A DNA stretch of 64,000 nucleotides from Syncephalis fuscata S228 (Eukaryota; Fungi; Zoopagomycota): contig JAHLTZ010000007.1 in NCBI GenBank assembly GCA_025786725.1, positions 248,001 through 312,000 on the forward strand, read 5' to 3'. Made by a program: the position numbers and the translations under genes. Shown in pieces: positions 40,101-51,523 of this stretch. The first letter of the stretch is position 1; each line of letters opens with the position of its first letter. The notes beneath the pieces were generated by a model, which made no database searches, was not told where the DNA came from, and saw only the letters and a list, made by a program, of their open reading frames with translations.

Positions 40101-40247
40101 TCGGTCCAGCAAACGTAAATGCTCTTTTAACTCTGGCGATACAATAACTCGATTGCCTTCAACGCGCAGCTGTGGTCGCTGCAATGGTGGTGGCAGTTTA
40201 GGCGGCGGCGTATTTAGCCGAGAAGTATCGCTATTGCTCGCCGACAT
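37169..40247 (-). CDS. Patatin-like triacylglycerol lipase (Tgl3/4/5 family, DUF3336 N-terminal region), multi-exon
   Basis: YGRTALCLSGGASFAYYHFG, GTSGG nucleophile, TFREAFERTGRILNVTV, LNHLTAPDVIIWSA, WRDGS, IVSQVNPHV, FHGNVTIIP. Confidence 0.93.
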
Positions 40248-42076
40248 GGCAGCCAGCTATTTCTTTTTTTTCTATGATCACTAGATGATGTGTGCAATGG
40301 TCGTATTGGTTTATCCAATCCAATGAATATTAATAAAGTACTCGATATTGCCAACGCTATATAACTAACAAAATAATATTAGTAAAAAGACTACTATTGC
40401 TATTACTACACAATGAACAATAGTTAATGGCAGAATGTTAAAACGAATGCAATAGTATAGAAGCTGGTCTGGCCACTAGGCTTGGCGTAATATACCGACT
40501 AGTCTTGCCTAGCCGTGAAATAACGCACTGCGTATACCAGTTATTTAAAATAGAAATACCGGTGTCGTTATTGTATACTATAAAATCCGTCAATTGTACG
40601 AATAACGGGCTGACCAGTGCAAAATAGATAATGCGCAGAACTGAAGTTTTGTCGTTAATACAATAACTAAAGAATCAATAGAAAAATGTTTAACGTTAAA
40701 GCCCCAAACATTTTGTTTTGGATCATTGTAGAACAAGTGTGCCATTTTTGGGGGAAATTGAATAACAGCGACTAGCGGGGATACAGACCAGCTGATTGGA
40801 AGTTACGAGTGTGTACCGATAAACTCATGGTTATGATGTAACTGTTTGGCTGGTTCTCGCCTTATTCGGGAAATAATACCCGCTTTTTATTCAGCAAATG
40901 AGTTTGTATGATATAATTGCGCACTAGTATTATGAGAAAATGCTATGAACTTGTTTGTTACTAAATTATCTCGTGCCTATCGGCTGTTCGCTGTTATTAT
41001 TGCTATTCAGATACACATGCAACAACGGCATATTAAATTCAATAGTCGATAGACAGAGTGGTACAATAATCATTTTCCTTTTCTTTCAATAAAAGTAGTA
41101 AGGAGCGTGTTTGTAGAAACAATAGAAATTTAATATTACAATTATACGCTTTATTGTGTATTGATTTACACGGTAGTATTGATCAAAGATTAAAGCAACC
41201 AGTGTAGTCCTCCATTTAGTATGTTGAGAAAGAAATATTATACACATGAATTAATTACTAATTTATAACATGCCTATTAGCTACTCGCTACTCTTATTAC
41301 CATCTAATACACATGTAATGATGAAATATTGATATCAATATTTGATAGGCATGGTTACACGATAGATGTTTTTGATTTTTCATTGCCCATTGCTGCTGAT
41401 GCATTATAATAGCATAAATGGTTTATTTATCAGCTGACACATATTATTATTTTAAATAAAGTTTATTGCCTAAGATAGATATTAAATAATAACATGCTGT
41501 ATATGTGCATCATAGGTAATGTATACCGTATATCGTAGAATAGCCATAAAGTGTTTTATAGTTAATTAAACACTAAAAACAATTGTAGACACAATGGTAA
41601 TAAAACAGTCGACATCATTGTCTGTTTTATCACTATTCTAATTACATCATATAAACTTGGGCAAATATAAAGTATTTTAACGGCACTTGGATGAATTGTA
41701 TTAGTATACATGTGTATTCCATTAAGGTTTGTTATAACTACCAATTGAAACTTGATTCCAATTAGTTGGTTTGTATACTGTAGAATAACCAGTGCTGATT
41801 TAAAATAAAACTGTAATTGGCATTACTAAACGAATAGAGCTGCCTAGTATGTTATGTATGTCATTTTAACCTATGACATACTTCACGCTTAATCGGTTGA
41901 ATCCTGTAACACAAATGCTATTCGTCAGTTTATCACATTGTAAAGATACTGCTAATAATGATGTCTATTCAATATGAGCAATAGCAATAATGATTATTTG
42001 TATCACGGATGTAAAGAATGGTGTTTAAATAAAAGCACGGCTGTTGAATATTACACCAGTAGTTATTTATACGGAA

Positions 42077-42878
42077 GGATAACTGCATAGTACATTGGTC
42101 TTGGACGGTTTCAGGTGAGTCATGTTTTATTGCAGAAATTCGTAATCGTCACAATATAAGCCGGCCTTGCTGCTTTTGAACCAAGCATTATGTTTTTATC
42201 TCCTCTTGCTATTCTTTGTTGCTCGATATGACCTACGCCCCTTTCTCTTACCGCTGTTTGTCGCTCGATATGCTTATCATTTTTTAAATGTCCGATAATT
42301 ACAAGACCGCAGCAACTTACTGTTTTATATGCTTAAGTTTAGTAAATGAGCGTGTGAGGAGCAATGCAGTTGTGTTCTTTGGCTATGTGAGCACCATTAG
42401 ATATATAGTAAACTAGACACTATATGGTTTGGCAGCATGCATTTCAACATGCTGTATACGGTGTTAGACTGCACATAGCCAATAGGCCTTCTGTTCAGTG
42501 ATATGGCGTTTGCTGTGTGTTTGTTTGTGGTAATTGCATTGCTAAGTATTTGGTGTATGGGCAGTAAAGATCTTTAGATATCGCCTATAACTAAATTGAC
42601 TTGGATGTGGTGGTAGGATTAGTTGCTGTTTATATAACAGCCACTAGCTTGACCCTGTACGAACGTACATAGTGTTGCATACGGATAACGTATGCAATAG
42701 AGCCAGTGCGGTTGTGCGGGATGAGAGTAGTGGTTTGTGCGGCTGGTTGAATAGCCTATTGTCGCGATGGTTCTGGGCTTCACGCGATATTTGGTACAGT
42801 GGTATTGCGGCCGGATGCTATGCCCAACAGTTATTTCGGATGCTTAGCAATGTGATTATGCGGCAAGCATAATTGCTA
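42077..42878 (+). ncRNA. Candidate large structured non-coding RNA, family unassigned
   Basis: No credible ORF; GC-richer than the flanks. 42077-42100 pairs with 42809-42836, and more than 10 nested helices lie inside, with G-U pairs that only work on the + strand. Confidence 0.55.
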
Positions 42879-43299
42879 TAGTTTATTTACATGTATCGTT
42901 TGCTAATGTTACTTTTAATAGATATAGATTCCAGGCATGGTTATATTCAGCAAGCATAAAATTGCAATCCATCGTTTAGTCACTATTCTGTACCATTATC
43001 ATTATACATGTGTATTTTTATGAATAAATAAAGTTATTTTGCAAATATTACTGTTACAATCAGCTATATTTGATACAACTTCAGCACACTGCTTATCTTA
43101 ATAGCAATAGTTTATTAATTATTTACTGTGATTTGATGGTTAAATAATCAAATTTAATAATAATTGCCTAATTGAACTAGACATTTGTTTTATTGAAGAT
43201 GGGCCAGGCGGTGAGAAATATTAAATAATAAAATTACTTTATTATATTATTTGTTTTGTGATCAATGATTAACATTCACGTAATTGCACTAGACTTTTT

Positions 43300-44780
43300 T
43301 CTATTGAACATGATGATGGTGGTGAATGGCATTAAAGTTTAAACTACCCATCGTAGATTTATTATTCAGTATGCATATATTCTCTATTCCCCTATATTCT
43401 TTATCAGTATATAATCACCGCTATAAACATACCGCTGTATATATAACTTTACGCTATATTGAATATATTCTATTTGCTATAAATTTTAAGTACATATAGA
43501 CTAATGAACGAATGAGTGACATTAGTCGAGATTTATTAATAATTAAGCCAGAGTCAAACAAACAATGGTTCTAGACGGCGCATGTTCAATATATAATAAA
43601 ATAATGTACATTATAATGAATATACTAACTGAAGCAACGATTAGTCTTACTAAAGCTATTGAGCATATATGCATGAGCAAATGACCGACATTAGTCGACA
43701 TTTATTAATAATGGTGCTAGAACAAAAATAATAACAGTTTTGGATAGTGGAAGGCTATACAAATATAAAATAATATTGAATATAATGAATATACAATGAA
43801 AAGGATATGATAAATGGTGTTAAAGTTATAGTGCATATAATGCAATGAGAGGAATGAACATTTGTGCTAAGCATTATGTGTTAGCATTTGCACTAAGCAT
43901 TATGTGTTAGCATTTGCACTAAGCATTATGTGTTAGCATTTGCACTAAGCATTATGTGTTAGCATTTGTGCTAAGCATTATGTGTTAGCATTTGCGCTAA
44001 GCATTATGTGTTAGCATTTGCACTAAGCATTATGTGTTAGCATTTTTAACAACATTCGCGTAAATAACTACATATCCGCTTTATTGAACATGAAACTGAA
44101 TGCTAAATAGTATCAATCATTAAAATATTCATTATTGTATATTCATTATCTAGTACGCATATATCATCATTACAATACTATGTTAATGCTGTTTATGTTA
44201 TTTTATTTCTAACTTTCTTTCTATACATACTTATCAACTCATCGCGTTTCTGTTTTCCTTGGACTTGCTATTACTGCGAATATCCATCATTTTACTTGAT
44301 CAGCATTAAAGTTATAATCAATTTGTATTAACTAATTGTCAACCAGATAGTTACACTGCACATATATGCACAAGCAAATAAACTAAATAACCTAAATTTT
44401 ATTAGTAATTAAGCTAACATCAAACAAACAGCAGCTCCAAATGACGCGTTAATACTATATAATAGAATGATATAAAACGATAATACACGACATACAAGTA
44501 TAAATAACGTTGTCAAAACTATAGTGCATATAACGCAATAAATGGACTGAATGAAGTGTATTGGTGTATATTAACAATAGAATGTATTCAATATGTCATA
44601 GAATATATATAATAGTGTGGGACAGAATGAGAGTGATATATGTGAATAGAGGATATATGTACACTGAATATATGCATACTGGACAATAAATCTACAATGG
44701 TGAGTATTTTATGATTGATGTCACTCACCACCCATCACCATGTTCATTAGATTCAATGGTATTAAAAATGGTCATTTGAC
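43300..44780. mobile_element. Foldback/MITE-like non-coding element with inverted arms around a minisatellite
   Basis: 43311-43480 and ~44560-44745 are diverged inverted copies (gtagatttatt...cagtatgcatatattc). Both are related to 32716-32984. Confidence 0.55.
43859..44045. repeat. 26-bp minisatellite, 7 copies
   Basis: Unit CATTTG(CA/TG/CG)CTAAGCATTATGTGTTAG in tandem with no spacers. Confidence 0.95.
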
Positions 44781-45384
44781 CACTAGATTACAATAAAGAC
44801 TAATAAATTGTTTAGTAGTAATAAAGGAGATAAGATAGCTAATTAGATAAATTACTGACATTGTTTGAATGACTGTATGAGTGTAGTTGTATGGATTACA
44901 AAGCTAAAGGTTAGCATTATAGAACATATCATTAATGAAGCAATAAGTATAATATAACAGGTCAATAGTAAGGAATAAACCTCAATTCATTATAAGGCCA
45001 AATATAGTTATAGAACATATTACCAGTAAAAAAAATATACTAAACATTTCCACTCTAACTACTGCCTTTAACCGGCATCTCTTTTCATGGACCAAACTAT
45101 TGTTATAGCACGAGTCTCGCAATATGTATCGACCGCGTGGTACAATGGCACCGCACACCACCTGCCTTTTACATATAAATAGCCATATTGTGCTCATCAT
45201 TTGAAATAAAGATTCAGTTCAGTTCTATCATTCAATCCGCTACTCTATTATTGTGAATTGTGTTATACCGTCTCTGAGGACGTCACATGACCTTAACACC
45301 TCATCTATTTCTCATTCCGCATAACTTACTGCTTCATCCTAGACTTGGATTTGCTTTACCCGCCCGCGTGCTACACTTCTAGTC

Positions 45385-47565
45385 ATGTCGAATCTCAAAG
45401 AAATACTGAAGAATCGTAAGTAAGTTTATAACGACGCATCCCATAGCTAATCCAATTACGCTTGTATAGGTTATCTGGAAACGGTTCGCTCAGTGCAGCC
45501 ACCAGCCCGATACAAGATTGTCGTTGTCGACGCGACATCTGTTAAATTACTTTCCGCAGCCTGTAAGATGTATGACATTCTTGAAGAGAATGTGACCTGT
45601 AAGTTTAGAATAATGGTCATTATTAGCAATCACTTATACTAGACAGTGGTAGAGAGTATTGAAAAGAAACGACAGCCATTCACCAATCTGGAGGCGCTCT
45701 ATTTAATTACGCCATGTGTAGAAAGCGTATTCTTGATGATTCAAGATCTTACCAACGGTGGACCGGGTGGTAGGCCTGGTTCAATGTACGCTGCGGCACA
45801 TGTATTTTTTACTCATACATTGGATGATATGTTATTTAAAAAGATCACATCTTCCAAGGCCGGTCCAATGATTAGAAGTTTAAAAGAGCTCTACGTCGAC
45901 TTTTATGTAATTGAATCTAAAGTATTCTCTCTTGGACTACACAATTCGTTTTATTCATTTTTCGGTCCTAAGCATGAGAATATGGACAAAGACTTGCCGT
46001 TAGTTGCAGATCGGGTAAATCAACTATATAGTTATATCACATCAATTTATTAACTTGTATATAGCTATTCTCTGTATGTTCAACACTAGGCGAAAATCCA
46101 ATTATTCGCTATCATCGACCAGGTAGCGATTCAGGTAGTTTCAATCATACAAATCTACCTGCACAATTGGCCAATATTCTCCAAGACAAGCTGGATGAAT
46201 TCTGTAAACTTAGTAACGGCGAGTTTCCGGTAAGTAATATTTAAACTAATAATGCTTATCTGCTTACAAGCAAAGTATTATTACAGCCTAAACGCGAAGG
46301 AAATCCACCACGCGCCACGCTCTATATTCTAGATCGTAGTATAGACTTGACTGCACCTCTAGTACATGAGTTTACTTATCAGGCAATGATAAACGATCTA
46401 CTTACAATTGAGGAAGGATCCAAATACATGCACGAGTTTGTATCAGGCACAGGCGATGTCAGTTCGAAAGAAGTTATTCTTGATGAATCTGATAATATTT
46501 GGATGGAATATCGACATGCTCATATTGCAGAATGCAGCGGAAGACTTACAGCTGATTTTAAAAAACTGACGACCGAAAACAAAGCCGCAATGTCAAGCGG
46601 TAAAGGAGAAGCTAGTTTGAACGATATGAAACGCATTTTATCGGATCTGCCACAATTTCAAGAACTTAAAGAAAAGGTACAGTTATTAGACAATGATTAC
46701 ATTTTACTAAATACAATTTATCATCTAGTATTCCGTGCATATCAGCATGGCACAAGAATGTATGAGTCTTTTTAACAAACAAAAACTTCCAGCTATTGGT
46801 GAAGTTGAGCAAGATATGGCTTGCAAAGAAACATTGGAAGGAAAATATCCAAAGCATTTGGTCGAGCGACTACTTCCACTTTTGGATGATAGTAGTATCA
46901 CGTTAGTATAGCGGCGGCACATATAAAAGCTTGTGTTAATTAGCTGATAATTTAGAGAGGATAATAAGCTACGACTAGTTATGCTTTATATCATATACAA
47001 AGGTGGCTTAAAATGGGTAGACCGTTATCGATTGCAACAACATGCAAATTTATCAGAAAAGGACATTGTAGCCTTGGAGAATCTGGAACTACTACATGCT
47101 TGTGTTAATAAGGTATAATATTGATTTTAGGTAGTTAACTATTATTAACACGATTAATTAGGAGCCAAATAGTGGTATTAAAAGGTTAAAAATGCCTCGT
47201 TTAAATAAGGACAGAACTGAGGAAGTTCCTTATGAACTTTCACGCTTTGTACCTGAAATTCAAAAGCTTTTAGATGTAAGTACTGACATACAAATATATG
47301 CCATCATTGACACACGTTACATTAGAAACAAATCAATGGTCAAGTGGACGACAAGCTTTTCCCTTACACGCGTGAAGTTAGGCCATCTGAATTGAATGAA
47401 CAGTCGAAAAAGGCAGTGCAATCATTAAGAAGGTAAATAATTTGGTTAATGTAATTATCACTGCTAAATTGTTATTATAAATTTAGTACAAAGCCAAGCT
47501 GGCAAAAATCAGTACAGGAACGAGTAAGTAATACATATTGCACTTTAATTAACTATTTAATAATC

Positions 47566-47615
<50 letters not shown>

Positions 47616-48042
47616 GTCGGAAGGTAAACCGGTTACCGGTGGGAAAATCATTGTCTTCGTTGCTGGCGGTATAACCCACTCGGAAATGCGTTCTGTGTAT
47701 GAACTAGGTAGCAAATTTGGACGTGACATTATTATTGGTAAGTGTATATAAATTGGTTGGTGTTGATTTGTTTATATAATACTGTATTTATTAGGTTCGA
47801 CACATGTTATCACACCGCAACAGCTGTTGAAGGATTTGCGTCGACTGCGTGAAGGTCCTCCTAAGGAATTGCCGCCGCCACCGCCGCCACAACCAGTACA
47901 GCCTCCTGCTGATATGGCAGGCCAGATGGGCGCAATGAGTATTCAAGACAATCCACACGTTCAAGGGCACATTAGTAAACATAAGCCTACTAATAGCGGT
48001 AGCTCCAAGAATGTATTTGGGCTGTTTGGAAAGAAGAAGTAA
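45385..48042 (+). CDS. SEC1: Sec1/Munc18 (SM) family protein, Sec1-like, multi-exon
   Basis: YKIVVVD...LSAACKMYDILEENVT, RQPFTNLEALYLITP, LGENPIIRY, LYILDRSIDLTAPLVHEFTYQAM, WMEYRHAHIAE, PYELSRFVP, IVFVAGGITHSEMRSVYE, IIIGSTHVITP. Confidence 0.95.
47567..47613. repeat. (TAA)n microsatellite inside a SEC1 intron
   Basis: About 15 TAA units immediately before the 3' splice AG. Confidence 0.9.
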
Positions 48043-48349
48043 TAACTAAAGCACTTGTATTGGTTTAATAAACATTATTATATTTTAGTAATGGACTATA
48101 TAGATATGCTTACTTATGCAACACTGGTTATGGTCAATTATTTACTGTACAGCTTACTAGCATCAACAGCACATTCATTCATAACTAAACAGCGCAACTA
48201 TCAAACTTATTGACATGAATGCTATTGTTAATAATACATATATTTATATAGCATTGTAATATATAGAAACTATCTACTGCTTAGTTAAAACTCTATACAA
48301 TATTGTTAATTATACATATATTAAAATTGTTTTTAATTTATTTATAGCT

Positions 48350-48988
48350 CTACAGTATCTTTAATTCGTAATCACAGTAATAGCTAGCTCCTTGTGACCG
48401 GCACACAGTGCCTGTTGGACAACTGGTCCATACAAATCGGCCAAAGTTGCACACGCCAATCATATTACCATTGCAGGCAAATGTACCTTGCTTACAACCT
48501 GTTGGTACTTGTCCTCCCTTACTATTATTAATAATAGGACGACTAGTAACTAATGATGCCATTGTAGTTGATGGTATAGCGGTGTTATGAACAGGCGATA
48601 AAGTATTAATGCTATTAATATGACTAGGCTCTACTTCTGCTTGTACTGTATTATCCAGTTCATTATATTTTTTATCGGCATGTACAGATTGATTGGGCGT
48701 CAATAGCGTTTCTGCAGGTACTTGAGACGACTGTTGTGGCACATTTGCATTCTTAGCCAATCGTGCAAACTCATTCTTCAGCTGATTAGTATAATCCATA
48801 TTACCACAGCTGCAAATCAAATCGTTTGGATTTGAGGAAAAGCATCGATTAAACTTGATATCCCAGTTTTGACTTTGAAGGCACATTTTTTGGCACGTTG
48901 TCTTCCATTCAGGATAAAGACAATCAGCCAGACTGATTGGTATAGGTGCAGACAATAAAATAATCACAGTTTTTGCAAATAGAATCAT
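48350..48988 (-). CDS. Small secreted Cys-rich protein with a C-terminal CBM19-like chitin-binding module
   Basis: Signal-like N-terminus; 6-Cys N-domain; Ser/Thr-rich linker; C-terminal CKQGTFAC...IGVCNFGRFVWTSCPTGTVC...YC. Confidence 0.72.
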   Translation of the reverse strand: MILFAKTVIILLSAPIPISLADCLYPEWKTTCQKMCLQSQNWDIKFNRCFSSNPNDLICSCGNMDYTNQLKNEFARLAKNANVPQQSSQVPAETLLTPNQSVHADKKYNELDNTVQAEVEPSHINSINTLSPVHNTAIPSTTMASLVTSRPIINNSKGGQVPTGCKQGTFACNGNMIGVCNFGRFVWTSCPTGTVCRSQGASYYCDYELKIL

Positions 48989-49540
48989 TATAGCTTAGTG
49001 TAATATTGCTATAAACGTATATGATCAAGCAAACCGATATATATATATTGCGATTTGCTATGTAATTAGTAAGGTTTATTTGTAAATAATAATATTGTTG
49101 TCAAAGTAACAATCCAACTACCAAAATAAATACAAATATACAAAACAATTTATTATTAGTATAAATAATGTTTACAATATTAACAATAGTCGATGGTACA
49201 TACAGCACTTGTAGGTGTGTTCTTGTATTTATTATCGGTACTGTTATTAATAATTACACAAGTGTACTAGTGTTTTAAAATAATAAGTAATTCATCGGTA
49301 AAGTCATTGGTAATAACGAAGTGTATAAATATATTATTATTATACGTTAATATTATTAAGTATTTTTAAATAATTATAGTAAATATACCTCAAACACTAT
49401 TACTTTTTTATCAATACTGATTATTGCTGTAATATATTACATAAATTATAAAAATTAATTTATTTTTAAACAAATTATAAATTATATTTTGGATTATATT
49501 ACTAAAAATTTGTAAAATTTTAAGCAAGCAGCTTCAAGTT

Positions 49541-49612
49541 GGGGGTTTAGCTCAGGGGTAGAGCAATCGGCTGCAGTCCGATAGGTCATTGGTTCAATTC
49601 CGATAGCCCCCT
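49541..49612 (+). tRNA. tRNA-Cys(GCA), intronless
   Basis: Acceptor GGGGGTT/AGCCCCC with U discriminator; D arm GCTC/GAGC; anticodon stem ATCGG/CCGAT with loop CT-GCA-GT; T loop GGTTCAATTC; oligo-T terminator follows. Confidence 0.96.
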
Positions 49613-49729
49613 TTTTGCTGCATTTACTTTTACAACAATAACAGGTGTGACTGCTATTTGCTTATTTTTACATATTACTATTGTAAGTGTCGTCAAAGTC
49701 ACTACTGTCGGACTTTGAAATTTTGCCTA

Positions 49730-50125
49730 TGTCGTCAAAGTCACTACTTTCTGACTATCGTAGGACTTGATCAATAGAATGTGTGTGTTAGATAAGACAG
49801 TTCAACAATTGGATGTAAGATATCGTTTATTAGTTAATAAAATGAGTTGGTTTTTATACTAAAATAATTAGTATAGCCGTGTGATAATAGTAATAATAAT
49901 AATAATAGTAATAATAATAATAATAGTAATAATAATAGTAATAATGATACTATGACGTCGGCGATCATCGTCATAAGATCATGGGTTAGTCAGGAGTGAG
50001 TTCATATGGCTAGTCATCGGATTGATCATATGAATAGATAATTCATATGACTAGTCATATGGTGAATATTTGGTGCCGGGTGGAGTGGTGTGTAATTTAG
50101 TCAGGCAAAAATTCAAAGTCCGACA
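49730..50125 (-). repeat. 3' LTR
   Basis: Direct repeat of 55943-56338; TGTCG...CGACA termini; internal (TAA/TAG)n tract. Confidence 0.96.
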
Positions 50126-51439
50126 TTACCCTTCCGTTAGATTAGCGTCCGTCCTCGGTCGCCGTAATCGACTATCTTCAGTATACCATCGTCGTAGTCG
50201 GTCTCGATGTATAACTCGATACTTCTCTTTATGTGGTTCTTTCAACTTATACGAACCATTATTCAAATCATCGTAAACAATCCAAGGTTGTTCTTCCCAT
50301 TTTGGTTCAAGTTTACGTGATGTTGGTCGTAATATAGTTACCAAATGTCCAATACTAAACTCATAATCATTATTAGATGCATGTCGTTTGCTATTAAATA
50401 CATTGGCATGCGATTGTTGTGTTTGTATGATGCGTTGTCGAACAGTAGGTACTTCCGCTTGTAACCAATACAACTTATTGCTGCGTTTAAGTATTGATTC
50501 GCGTAATTTAATTTGTCGATCGTCGCTAGGTAATCGTGGTACTACAATATCGGCAGGTGCACGTGGTTGAAAGCCGAATAATAATTCTGCGGGTGAATAG
50601 CCAGTTGTCTTTTGTCGATTGGTGTTGTAGGCGAATGTGATGGCTGGTATGTGTTCTGGCCAAGCTAGCATATCTCTGCCGGCTAAGACAAATCGAGTAA
50701 GTGCTTCACCAAGTGTCTTATTCAGTCGTTCTGTAAGACCATTAGTGCGTGGATGATATGGTGTTGTAAACTGTTGTTTTATACCCAATCTTTTTAATAC
50801 ATCTCTAACTACCTGATTACGAAATTCTTTTCCTCCATCTGATAAAATAAATTGAGGACATCCAAATATACAAATGACTTGTTTGAATAAAAAGTCGGCT
50901 ACTGCTGCTGAGTCTTTCTTGATAATAGGTTGAGTAATTGCCCATTTTGTTAAATAGTCTGTTGCAACTACTAAATAGCGTGGGTCAGTATCTGCATCGT
51001 AATACGGTAAAGGTCCCATTAAATCAATACCGATGCGATAAAAGGGTGTATGTACAGGGATAGAATGTAAAGGTTCAATATGACGTGGTGGTGCACGTAA
51101 TTGACATTCGCGACATCCTCGAATATAAGAGCGTGCATCATCTTCTAAGTTGGGCCAATAATAAGACTGTCGTAACCGTCGAATAGTGGATCCAATACCC
51201 ATATGACCTGCTTGGTCATGACACATAGCTAATACTTCGGTGGCTTCACGAAAGGTAAGTACGCGTAAAAAGCCTTCTGGAAAGCGTTTTCCAGGTGCGG
51301 GGAAATAAAGTAAGTCGTTGTATAATACATATCGGTTAGCTTCTTTTCTGAAAGCAATTGTTTGCTCATCAGACAAGCCAGTGGGTGTAGTGTGATTGTT
51401 GAGAAAGTTGATAATTTGTTGGTGTTTTGTTGCATCCAT
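50126..51439 (-). CDS. Retrotransposon integrase encoded as a separate ORF
   Basis: HHCC (HDQAGH...CREC), catalytic IGIDLMG, ILSDGG and GLTERLN, SPAELLFG, GPY/F-like KLEPKWEEQPW. No chromodomain; the stop codon abuts the LTR. Confidence 0.95.
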   Translation of the reverse strand: MDATKHQQIINFLNNHTTPTGLSDEQTIAFRKEANRYVLYNDLLYFPAPGKRFPEGFLRVLTFREATEVLAMCHDQAGHMGIGSTIRRLRQSYYWPNLEDDARSYIRGCRECQLRAPPRHIEPLHSIPVHTPFYRIGIDLMGPLPYYDADTDPRYLVVATDYLTKWAITQPIIKKDSAAVADFLFKQVICIFGCPQFILSDGGKEFRNQVVRDVLKRLGIKQQFTTPYHPRTNGLTERLNKTLGEALTRFVLAGRDMLAWPEHIPAITFAYNTNRQKTTGYSPAELLFGFQPRAPADIVVPRLPSDDRQIKLRESILKRSNKLYWLQAEVPTVRQRIIQTQQSHANVFNSKRHASNNDYEFSIGHLVTILRPTSRKLEPKWEEQPWIVYDDLNNGSYKLKEPHKEKYRVIHRDRLRRWYTEDSRLRRPRTDANLTEG

Positions 51440-51523
51440 AGTGATTTGTGAGTAGAAAAATAAGTAAGCAATAATAAAGTTAGTAATGAAATAGTGTTAA
51501 GTAGTAATGTTAATGATAGTAAG

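Noticed and set aside
42073-42085. GGAAGGATAACTG pairing with CAGTTATTTC as RNase P/MRP helix P4
   Set aside because: Lacks the GUC with bulged U and the CR-V consensus; better explained as the terminal closing helix of the ncRNA candidate.
43859-44045. CRISPR-like array of 26-bp repeats
   Set aside because: Units are head-to-tail with no unique spacers, the context is eukaryotic and no cas genes are present; it is a minisatellite.
49541-49612. Adjacent tRNA-Cys as the retrotransposon's primer
   Set aside because: Its 3' end (AGCCCCCT-CCA) is not complementary to the PBS TGGCGAGCACACCAGGA.
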